In this document: positions 35,626 to 43,762 of the stretch, piece by piece | How the letters are laid out: every line of letters starts with the position of its first letter | Numbering within the stretch: position 1 is the first letter of the stretch | NCBI GenBank assembly: GCA_018304385.1 | Contig: JAGVWJ010000005.1 | Coordinates: 2,814-66,813, forward strand | Length of the DNA: 64,000 bases | Direction: 5' to 3' | Source: Candidatus Micrarchaeota archaeon | Lineage (GTDB): Archaea; Micrarchaeota; Micrarchaeia; Anstonellales; Bilamarchaeaceae | The notes under the pieces: generated by a model | What the model was told of the DNA's origin: nothing | The model's database searches: none | Seen by the model: the letters and a program-made list of their open reading frames with translations, nothing else | Translations under genes and position numbers: made by a program

Positions 35626-38451
35626 ATGTATGATCATAAGCAAGTAGAAAAAGACATAGCGAAATTTTGGAAAGAAGAAAAAATATACGAAAAAATAAAA
35701 AAGAAGAATTCAAAAGGCAAACCATTCTATTTTTGCGATGGGCCACCTTATGCTACAGGTAGTATACATCCTGGCACTGGTTGGAATAAAACAATAAAAG
35801 ATTCTATATGCAAATACCTGAGATTGCGTGGCTATAATGTACGCGCGCAGCCAGGGTATGATACCCATGGCTTGCCAATAGAGGTAAAGGTCGAACAAGA
35901 ACTAAAGTTGAAGCATAAGAACGAGATCGAAAAACTTGGCGTGGAAAAATTTATTCAAAGATGCAAAGAGTTTGCCACTAAATATATTGGAATAATGAAT
36001 GACCAGTTCCTCTCTCTGGGCGTTTGGATGGAATTTGACAAACCATACATCACATACAAAGATGAGTATATAGAAAAATCATGGCAAACGCTTAAGCGCG
36101 CGTGGGATCGCGGACTTATGCATGAAGGTATATATGTATTGCCATATTGCTACAGATGCGAAACAACAATAGCGAATTACGAATTAGAATACGGCGAAGA
36201 AACGGATCCAAGCATATATGTAAAATTCAAAGTAAAAGACAATGAATATTTGATAATCTGGACAACCACGCCATGGACGCTTGTTGCGAATATGGGTGTA
36301 ATGGTTCATCCAACACTAAAATATGTAAAAGTGAAAGTTGATGACGAGATTTGGATAATCGCAAAGGATAGATTTGATTTTGTAATGAATTTAATTGGAA
36401 AAAGCGCAACAGTAATAGAAGAATTAAGCGGTAAAAAATTAGAAGGAAAAAAATACGAGCATCCATTCCAAGATAAGATCGCAAAGAACTATGAACGACG
36501 CGTTGTATTGAGCGATGAATATGTAACAACAGAAGAAGGAACTGGCTTAGTGCATACTGCACCTGGTACTGGACCAGAAGATTTTATAATTGGAAAACGC
36601 TTTGGCATAGAGCCATTCTGTCCTGTTGATGAGCATGGGAATTATACAAAAGAGGCAGGCGAATTCTTCCATGGGAAAAACGTGAAGGCAACAAACCCAG
36701 AAATTATACAGATACTTAAAGATAATGGAACGCTTGTGCAGGAAGAACGCATTCGTCATAGATATCCTCACTGTTGGCGTTGTAAAACTCCGCTAATATT
36801 TGTAACAACAAAACAATGGTTTATAACAATATCAAAAACAAAAGAAAAAATGCTTGAAGAAATAGAAAAAATAGAGTGGTATCCTGATTTTGCAAAGCAA
36901 CGTTTTAAGGAATTTGTAACCGTTGCACCAGACTGGTGTATATCCAGACAACGTTATTGGGGTATTCCACTGCCAATATGGAAATGCAAAAAATGCGAAA
37001 AAACAAAGGTTATAGATTCAAAAAAAGAATTACCAAAGATTAAGGAACTGCATCGCCCATACATAGATGAAGTAACATTCAAATGTACATGTGGAAGCGA
37101 GATGAAGAGGATATCTGATGTGTTAGATGTCTGGTTTGATTCTGGCAATGCAGTTTGGGCATCTCTAGATGAAAGTGATTCAAAAGAATTTAGTGAAAGA
37201 ACAGATTTGATAATAGAGGGACAAGATCAGATACGTGGATGGTTTTACTCGCTGCTTGGCTCAGGAATTGTAAAATATGATGCATCCCCATACAAAAGAT
37301 TGCTAATGCATGGATTTTTTGTTGATGAGAAAGGAGAAAAGATGAGCAAAAGCGTTGGAAACTTCGTCCCATTAGAAGAGATACTCACAAAATATGGTGC
37401 TGATAGCTTCAGATTATGGGGCTTAAGCAATACAATTTGGGAAGAGCTTAAGTTTAATTGGGAGGATATCAAAAAGGCAAGCAGTGATTTGAACATAGCA
37501 CTTAACCTAGTTACATTCCTGGGGAGATTTTATCCAAATAAAAAAATACAAAAAGCTGAGCTTAGCCCTGAAGACCATTGGATAATATCTCGAAAGAATA
37601 GTGTAATAAAAAATTTTAGGGAAGCATTTGAAAAGTATGAAATAAATCAAGGCATTAAGGCATTACGTAACTTTATAGTTGATGATATTAGCAGATTCTA
37701 CATGAAAATAGCCAAGGATAGAATAGGAAAAGGCGAGAACGCTGAGGCTGCATTGTACACGACTTACGAGTGCATCTTTGCATCATTGAAAATGCTTTCT
37801 GTTATATGCCCATTCATTAGTGAATATTTATATAGAACGTTCTTCAAAAAATTTGAGAAACAAGAAAGCGTATTTATGTTTGCCTTTGAAGATGAAGACT
37901 CAACAAGGATAGACGCAGCAGTAGAAAGGCAGGTGGAAATTGTAAGAGAGTTATGCACTGCTGCACTTAATGCTAGACAAGCAACACAAATAAAAGTACG
38001 CTGGCCATTACGAACCCTTTGGATAGAAACAAAATCCCAAGAGATAAAGGAGAGCATTTCAAGATTCAGTGAAATAATACTGCGCTTGGTTAATGTAAAA
38101 GAGGTTAAAGTAGTAGAACAGATAGAAAAAAAGGATCACGTAATGCAAGAGATCGTTAATGGAAAAATATATATAGAGAAGAAAATCGATGAAGAGCTTT
38201 ATGAAGAAGGACTAGTTAATGAGGTTAAGAGAAGAATCCAAATGCTTAGAAAAGAGGCTGAACTTGTAGAGAAAGATAAAATAAGCGTGAGACTTAGTGG
38301 AGAGGAAGAGCTAATTGCAATAGTACAAAAGTTTCAGGATAAAATTGCCAAGGATGTTAATGCAAAGGAGATAAAGATTGCAGAGGAAAAAGAGATGAAA
38401 GAGTTTGAGATTGATGGCCGGAAAGTTAGGATAGCAATAAAAAAGGTTTGA
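35626..38451 (+). CDS. ileS: isoleucyl-tRNA synthetase
   Basis: FYFCDGPPYATGSIHPGTGWNKTIKD...GYDTHGLPIE, an editing-domain insert, KMSKS (GEKMSKSVGN), and a Zn-type CxxC pair (CWRCKTP). Confidence 0.85.
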   Translation: MYDHKQVEKDIAKFWKEEKIYEKIKKKNSKGKPFYFCDGPPYATGSIHPGTGWNKTIKDSICKYLRLRGYNVRAQPGYDTHGLPIEVKVEQELKLKHKNEIEKLGVEKFIQRCKEFATKYIGIMNDQFLSLGVWMEFDKPYITYKDEYIEKSWQTLKRAWDRGLMHEGIYVLPYCYRCETTIANYELEYGEETDPSIYVKFKVKDNEYLIIWTTTPWTLVANMGVMVHPTLKYVKVKVDDEIWIIAKDRFDFVMNLIGKSATVIEELSGKKLEGKKYEHPFQDKIAKNYERRVVLSDEYVTTEEGTGLVHTAPGTGPEDFIIGKRFGIEPFCPVDEHGNYTKEAGEFFHGKNVKATNPEIIQILKDNGTLVQEERIRHRYPHCWRCKTPLIFVTTKQWFITISKTKEKMLEEIEKIEWYPDFAKQRFKEFVTVAPDWCISRQRYWGIPLPIWKCKKCEKTKVIDSKKELPKIKELHRPYIDEVTFKCTCGSEMKRISDVLDVWFDSGNAVWASLDESDSKEFSERTDLIIEGQDQIRGWFYSLLGSGIVKYDASPYKRLLMHGFFVDEKGEKMSKSVGNFVPLEEILTKYGADSFRLWGLSNTIWEELKFNWEDIKKASSDLNIALNLVTFLGRFYPNKKIQKAELSPEDHWIISRKNSVIKNFREAFEKYEINQGIKALRNFIVDDISRFYMKIAKDRIGKGENAEAALYTTYECIFASLKMLSVICPFISEYLYRTFFKKFEKQESVFMFAFEDEDSTRIDAAVERQVEIVRELCTAALNARQATQIKVRWPLRTLWIETKSQEIKESISRFSEIILRLVNVKEVKVVEQIEKKDHVMQEIVNGKIYIEKKIDEELYEEGLVNEVKRRIQMLRKEAELVEKDKISVRLSGEEELIAIVQKFQDKIAKDVNAKEIKIAEEKEMKEFEIDGRKVRIAIKKV

Positions 38452-38633
38452 ACAACATGGAAAAAGAAAAATGTCCGAAATGTAGCTCAGAGAAAGTTGT
38501 AGCGATTCTCTACGGTAAGCCTGCAGCTACAGCAATGGAATCTGCAAAAAGAGGAGAAATTGTATTAGGTGGCTGTTGTATAGAGAAAAATGCTCCACAC
38601 CGGCATTGTAAAAATTGCAAAAATGAATGGTAA
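38448..38633 (+). CDS. zinc-ribbon protein
   Basis: 61 aa with CPKC...CKNC. ATGA-type overlap with ileS. Confidence 0.5.
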   Translation: MNNMEKEKCPKCSSEKVVAILYGKPAATAMESAKRGEIVLGGCCIEKNAPHRHCKNCKNEW

Positions 38634-38635
38634 AC

Positions 38636-39112
38636 TCACTTGTTCCAATATTTTTCAATGTTATCTCTATTTATCTCCAAAAATTTCTCTCGAAAATGAT
38701 AATTTCTAAGCAAGCCCTTATCTTCAATGCCCGTCACTATCAATTTAGCAACAAACATGCATTCTATGCTTCTTAAACCACCATCTGGCCTAATGCTGGA
38801 TTTTTTGGTTCTTGGGTAAGCAGTCTTAAATCCACTAATGCTTCTTCTTTGGATGTCTTGGGGAAAACGCTTAGAAAGCTTTAGTGCATCCTTCCAGCCC
38901 ATGTCAATTAAGATTAGATCTTTTCTATCATCTCTAGAAGTAAGCGGTTCTGCCCCAATCTGCAAAAGGATTTTATCAGCAAAATGCCAGGAACCTACGG
39001 TTCCTAGCGCAACCTCCCTTTGTTCATAGATAAAAACATCTTCTCTATCTTTAATATAATTTACAGAGCAGTCTCTATTTTTATCATTCCAGAAAATATG
39101 AAACTGAATCAT
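38636..39112 (-). CDS. hypothetical protein
   Basis: 158-aa ORF with reasonable coding composition and no motif recognised. Confidence 0.45.
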   Translation of the reverse strand: MIQFHIFWNDKNRDCSVNYIKDREDVFIYEQREVALGTVGSWHFADKILLQIGAEPLTSRDDRKDLILIDMGWKDALKLSKRFPQDIQRRSISGFKTAYPRTKKSSIRPDGGLRSIECMFVAKLIVTGIEDKGLLRNYHFREKFLEINRDNIEKYWNK

Positions 39113-39242
39113 ACATAATATTAAATACTAAATAAATTTAAGTATCTTCATGAAAAGGAAAAACTTAAATGTAAAAAATGTGGCACGTGGCAGAAGGATT
39201 AATATCCCAAATGTACCAAACTTAAACTCACCAATTTGTTAC

Positions 39243-39884
39243 TTATACAACAGCAGGTCTACGCTTTTGAACTGATGCCCCAAGTTCAGGTGTTTCTTTT
39301 GTTCTAGCATCATAAACTCTAATAATTATTAAATCTCCTTCCATCTTTAATTCTCCTAATCTTAAAACTAAACCAGGTTTATGATTATAACCAAATATTT
39401 CATTCCACACTTTTATCAAATTCTCAATAGCAACCTTTACCTCGCTAAAAGCCTTTTGTCTTTTGGCCATATCACTCTCTCGAACTCTTAATATGACATC
39501 TCCTTTTAGCCCTAGTTTAGTTGTCCGTCTTAAGCTGTCAAAAGTTTCAAATGAAACCCCCAACCTATCGCAGGATTCTGCTAACAACAAAAGATTTCTT
39601 CGATAAAAAGAATCTGAAACTGAACCCTTTCCTCGGTCTAAATGTCCTTCTCCTGCAAAGGAGAATCTATCAACCCTGGTTAACCCTTCTTTATACGTCT
39701 TTAAATATCTTTCAACATCTGCCTCTATTTTGAGAATTGCTGGTTTGAACCCTTCCCCTTCACTCACTAATACGCCTCCCTCAACGCCCTTTGCTGATGC
39801 ACCCATATGCAAAAGTGCATTTCTATACCTAAGCTCGTCATCCTGCAATACAGGTACTTTCTTTGAATCTTTATCACCTGACAT
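39243..39884 (-). CDS. hypothetical protein
   Basis: 213-aa ORF with no motif recognised. Confidence 0.45.
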   Translation of the reverse strand: MSGDKDSKKVPVLQDDELRYRNALLHMGASAKGVEGGVLVSEGEGFKPAILKIEADVERYLKTYKEGLTRVDRFSFAGEGHLDRGKGSVSDSFYRRNLLLLAESCDRLGVSFETFDSLRRTTKLGLKGDVILRVRESDMAKRQKAFSEVKVAIENLIKVWNEIFGYNHKPGLVLRLGELKMEGDLIIIRVYDARTKETPELGASVQKRRPAVV

Positions 39885-39917
39885 ATTAAATCACCTCATT
39901 GCACCAGCACAGAAGGA

Positions 39918-40103
39918 TTAGGCGTTCTTAAACTGCCTTCTATTTCTCATAACTCCCCAACAGTTTTTGCAAATTGCCATATGTTTAATCTTATGCACTT
40001 TCTTAGTGCTTCTTATACAAGAAACACAATCATTCTTGCTGCAATAATTGCATTTTGTAAGTTTTGCTGTTTGTTTGCTGCATCGTTCACAACTCAATAT
40101 CAT
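39918..40103 (-). CDS. Cys-rich zinc-finger protein
   Basis: 61 aa with four C..C pairs (CERC, CNYC, CVSC, CKNC). Confidence 0.5.
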   Translation of the reverse strand: MILSCERCSKQTAKLTKCNYCSKNDCVSCIRSTKKVHKIKHMAICKNCWGVMRNRRQFKNA

Positions 40104-40186
40104 AAGTATACCTCCAACTAAATAAATAAATAGATTAAACTATTTCATATAGGAATATTTTTAAAGTTTAATCAATTTGTGAATAC

Positions 40187-41479
40187 ATGGCTAAAATAGA
40201 CTGGTATGATGAATTTGTTGATTTTCATTATAAACCTGCAAAGGATGATTTAGTTTGTCTCTACTATTTTGAACCTGGAGAAGGCATAAGCGCAAAGGAG
40301 GCAATAGGCAGAATTGCAAGTGAAAGCTCTTCTGGAACTTGGACAACACTATATAAGCTGCCAGCGCGTGTTGCAAAGATTAAGGCGCGTGCGTTTGTAG
40401 TAAAAGGTAATTATGTGAAAGTAGCTTATCCAATAGACTTATGGGAAGAAGGAAACGCGCCACAATTACTAAGTGGAATTGCAGGAAACATATTCGGTAT
40501 GAAAGCGCTTAAGAATTTACGATTAATGGATGTAACGCTACCGCATGCTTATCTTAAACATTTCAAAGGGCCAAGCTTAGGTATTCACGGAATAAGGAAA
40601 AAAATGCGTGTTGCAAAACGTCCGCTAACTGGCGCAGTTCCAAAACCAAAAATAGGCTTCAGCGCGCAAGAGCATGCAGACATTGCATTTGAAACATGGA
40701 TGGGTGGATTTGATATTGTAAAGGATGATGAAAATTTGACTACAACAAATTTCAATAGATTCGAAGATCGAGTAAAGCTGATGACAAGATTGCGCGATAA
40801 GGCTGAAAAAGAAACAGGTGAGTGCAAAGATGCATTTCTCAATATAACTGGCGAAACAAACGAGATGATCCGAAGAGCGAAGCTGCTGTATGACAGTGGA
40901 TGGAGATTCGCAATGATAGACGTAGTAACTGCTGGCACTGCTGCAGTGCAAACTTTACGCGATGTGTGCGCCGAGCTCGGCCTAGCAATACATGCGCATC
41001 GCGCAATGCATGCTGCATTTGATAGGAATCCAAAACATGGAATGACAATGTATTTCTTAGCAAAATTAATGCGATTAATTGGAGCTGATGAGATTCATGT
41101 TGGAACTGCTGTAGGAAAATTAGTTGGCACGGCCCAAGAAGTAAAATCAATAGCTGATATGCTAAGAGAAAATCGCATAAAAGAAGGAAAATTAAATCTT
41201 GCGCAGGATTGGGGCAATCATAAACCAATGCTTCCTGTTTCTTCAGGTGGATTGCATCCTGGCCTAGTGCCAGCTGTAATGAAAATATTTGGAAATGATC
41301 TTACGCTTTTAGTTAGTGGAGGCATTCATGGTCATCCTAAAGGCACGCGCGCTGGTGCTAAAGCAGCAATGCAGGCAATAGAAGCAACAATGAATGGCGT
41401 AAGCCTAGACGAATATGCGAAAAAGCATGTTGAACTTGCGCAAGCATTGGAGAAATGGGGATACTACAAACCGAAGTAA
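40187..41479 (+). CDS. rbcL: RuBisCO large subunit, form III-like
   Basis: GIAGNIFGMKAL, PKPKIG, GGFDIVKDDENL (carbamylated-Lys motif), HAHRAMHAA, SSGGLHPG. 430 aa. No small-subunit gene nearby. Confidence 0.9.
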   Translation: MAKIDWYDEFVDFHYKPAKDDLVCLYYFEPGEGISAKEAIGRIASESSSGTWTTLYKLPARVAKIKARAFVVKGNYVKVAYPIDLWEEGNAPQLLSGIAGNIFGMKALKNLRLMDVTLPHAYLKHFKGPSLGIHGIRKKMRVAKRPLTGAVPKPKIGFSAQEHADIAFETWMGGFDIVKDDENLTTTNFNRFEDRVKLMTRLRDKAEKETGECKDAFLNITGETNEMIRRAKLLYDSGWRFAMIDVVTAGTAAVQTLRDVCAELGLAIHAHRAMHAAFDRNPKHGMTMYFLAKLMRLIGADEIHVGTAVGKLVGTAQEVKSIADMLRENRIKEGKLNLAQDWGNHKPMLPVSSGGLHPGLVPAVMKIFGNDLTLLVSGGIHGHPKGTRAGAKAAMQAIEATMNGVSLDEYAKKHVELAQALEKWGYYKPK

Positions 41480-41498
41480 AAAGCAATGCGCAAACGTG

Positions 41499-41533
41499 GC
41501 TCAATGCCCATTGCTCAAGGCTCATGGCCACTG
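41499..41533 (-). repeat. GC-rich heptanucleotide array, 5 units in reverse orientation (gctcaat gcccatt gctcaag gctcatg gccactg)
   Basis: Starts 20 nt after the rbcL stop. The reverse complement reads cagtggc catgagc cttgagc aatgggc attgagc. Confidence 0.8.
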
Positions 41534-41588
41534 TTTATATATCTTTTTGAATAATATGATTCCACTAGTTATCGTTTTGGGTGGATGA

Positions 41589-42686
41589 ATGTCTTTAAGA
41601 ACTGAAACACCAGCAAGAGGGATAGTTGCGACTGTAAGTACGCATGACATAAGTAGGGTTGCCCCTCTAGTAGATAGGCCAACATTAGGCCAAACACTTA
41701 GATTTACAAGACTCAACTTAGATGAAACTGAAGAAAGAAAGAAAGCGATTGCAATACATAATGCAGCATGGCGTAATGAAGCATTAATGAGAAAGCAAGG
41801 ATTTACAAGCACGGAAATAGAACGATCAAAAGCACTAGAAATAGATGAAGATGAATTAAGAGTAAGATTCGCATTGTTTCCAGAAGGTCAGATAGTTGGA
41901 AGAACAGAACAAAGTGCATTAGTTAGCATGTTAAATACCAGACTTATTTTTATTAGAAGCGCAGATGAGATACGCGCAGGATATAAAAGAATGTCTTCAG
42001 AACCAATGGAACCAGATGTTAGACAAATTGATGGTATTGCACAAATTGCAGATCATGTTGGCATTCTTGTTTGCTTTTCAATCGTAACTGATCCGCAATT
42101 CCAAGGAAAAGATGTCGCATTAGCAACGCTTGCACACGGAATAGAGATTGCATCACAACTCGGCTTGGCAGCAGTGCCTTATAGCGCGCCACGCGGATTT
42201 GGCGCGTACAGAAAAAGATTCCCAGAGGTAGAAATAATGACTTATTTGCATATTACCAAGCCAGCAAAGACTGATGATTCAATGGCTGAAATGTATAGAA
42301 GGTATACGCAAGCGCTCGAGCGATTTAATAATGCTAATACAGCAAGAATATATACACAAAGACTTAAACCAATCGATACCACATTATTCACAACTGAAGC
42401 ATTTGCACCAGAAGGCTTTAGCGCATATTCAGAATTTAAATTTAGGCATGGCTCATGGTTTAGAGCGCAATACGGTCGAGAACCAACAGTAGTTGATTAC
42501 ATAAGAATAACTGGAAGGCAGCATGTTGATCCAGTTATGAATATGCATATCCAATTTGGCGCTGATTTTATTTATGATAGGGACGGAAGAATAACCTGCG
42601 TTTTTGAGGATTCTAGATCAGAGGATGTTATGGCAGGCGGCTATAACGTTGCGCTCACGTACCATCATAGAAATATTTTTGTCTAG
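41589..42686 (+). CDS. hypothetical protein, possible GNAT-like acyltransferase core
   Basis: 365-aa ORF. The segment VCFSIVTDPQFQGKDVALATLAHGIEIASQLGL loosely resembles GNAT motif A. Weak call. Confidence 0.35.
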   Translation: MSLRTETPARGIVATVSTHDISRVAPLVDRPTLGQTLRFTRLNLDETEERKKAIAIHNAAWRNEALMRKQGFTSTEIERSKALEIDEDELRVRFALFPEGQIVGRTEQSALVSMLNTRLIFIRSADEIRAGYKRMSSEPMEPDVRQIDGIAQIADHVGILVCFSIVTDPQFQGKDVALATLAHGIEIASQLGLAAVPYSAPRGFGAYRKRFPEVEIMTYLHITKPAKTDDSMAEMYRRYTQALERFNNANTARIYTQRLKPIDTTLFTTEAFAPEGFSAYSEFKFRHGSWFRAQYGREPTVVDYIRITGRQHVDPVMNMHIQFGADFIYDRDGRITCVFEDSRSEDVMAGGYNVALTYHHRNIFV

Positions 42687-42711
42687 TAAAAGAGAACAAG
42701 CACGAAATTTC

Positions 42712-42755
42712 GCAAAATTTTGTGCGCATTGTAAATTATCAAATTTACAATACAA
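42712..42755. promoter_or_regulatory. 44-bp conserved element A with 10-bp perfect inverted repeat (ATTGTAAATT-atca-AATTTACAAT)
   Basis: 43/44 identical to 62637-62680. Lies 105 nt upstream of the pilin-like gene start. The two copies fall in different reading frames of the track ORFs that cover them, so they are non-coding. Confidence 0.7.
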
Positions 42756-42859
42756 TTAAAAATCTAAACTTGGCGAATAAGAATATGGCAAAGGCACAGG
42801 TCGCTATTGGTTTGAACACCCGATTGTTCGACGAATCGAACAATGGGCCCATAAATCGA

Positions 42860-43366
42860 ATGTCGATTTATCGGGAGTTCAAAGCTCGCAACTTACGCGG
42901 TCAAGTTGCGATTGAATACTTAATGACTTACGGCTGGGCAATATTAGTACTACTTATAATAATTGGTTTAATATTGGGAAGCGGTATAGCCTCGCCAATA
43001 ATCTCAGAAGACTGTAATCTAGGTTCAAAAATTACATGCAGACATTTCCTATATAATGATGGTGCAAATCTAAAGCTATTAATAAACATGACAAATGGCT
43101 TTGAACATAAGATAAAAATAAAAACTATCACAGTAACGCTAGTTGGAAAGGGCAATATGGCAACTGTACTCACAAATGATGATCCTGAAAGTGGAGAGAG
43201 CTCAAGTATAGAAGCTACGTTCGCAGGCTATAACGCGCCAAGAGACAGCTCAAAAACAATCCAGGTTCTTATAAACTATTATTCGTGCGCGCCAGAGGTT
43301 AATCCTAGCTGCGTAGATATTGCAACGCACCCAATAAGCGGAAAGATAAGCGCTAAGGCTAACTGA
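42860..43366 (+). CDS. class III signal-peptide (archaeal type IV pilin-like) protein
   Basis: MSIYREFKARNLRG|QVAIEYLMTYGWAILVLLIIIGLIL: a basic leader, RG|Q cleavage motif, Glu at +5 and a hydrophobic helix. Confidence 0.7.
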   Translation: MSIYREFKARNLRGQVAIEYLMTYGWAILVLLIIIGLILGSGIASPIISEDCNLGSKITCRHFLYNDGANLKLLINMTNGFEHKIKIKTITVTLVGKGNMATVLTNDDPESGESSSIEATFAGYNAPRDSSKTIQVLINYYSCAPEVNPSCVDIATHPISGKISAKAN

Positions 43367-43762
43367 CTATCGCTTCCATTCTTTAATATCAGGATGAAAA
43401 TCGACTTGATACTCTGGGATTCCTAAAGAAACACCATACTTTCTGGCTTCATCATACTGTGCTTTGCTAGTTCGATCTATTTTGAAAATTTTGTTGCGGA
43501 AAATTATATAGTGATATTGATCGTTTTTAAAATCCGCATACCAGTCATTGTGAACAGAATCTAAAGAGGTACTGATTTCTTCTGCTATTTCATCAGCCCG
43601 ATTTTCAGGAACCTCAACATTGTATAGTGTCCACTTCTTCAAATATGGCGTTTGATGTCTCTCAGTAACTTTTTCAATTTTTGTAGCAAGTATCTTCACT
43701 TTTTTTAAAACATCTTTATTTCCAAGACTTTCTTCAATTATGACGCCCGTATAGTTAGACAT
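43367..43762 (-). CDS. hypothetical protein
   Basis: 131-aa ORF. Its start codon overlaps the valS stop codon by 1 nt. Confidence 0.5.
   Translation of the reverse strand: MSNYTGVIIEESLGNKDVLKKVKILATKIEKVTERHQTPYLKKWTLYNVEVPENRADEIAEEISTSLDSVHNDWYADFKNDQYHYIIFRNKIFKIDRTSKAQYDEARKYGVSLGIPEYQVDFHPDIKEWKR

Noticed and set aside
41522-41812. 96-aa minus-strand ORF spanning the heptad array and the start of the next gene
   Set aside because: It overlaps the better plus-strand ORF and the non-coding repeat array. No motifs and poor composition.
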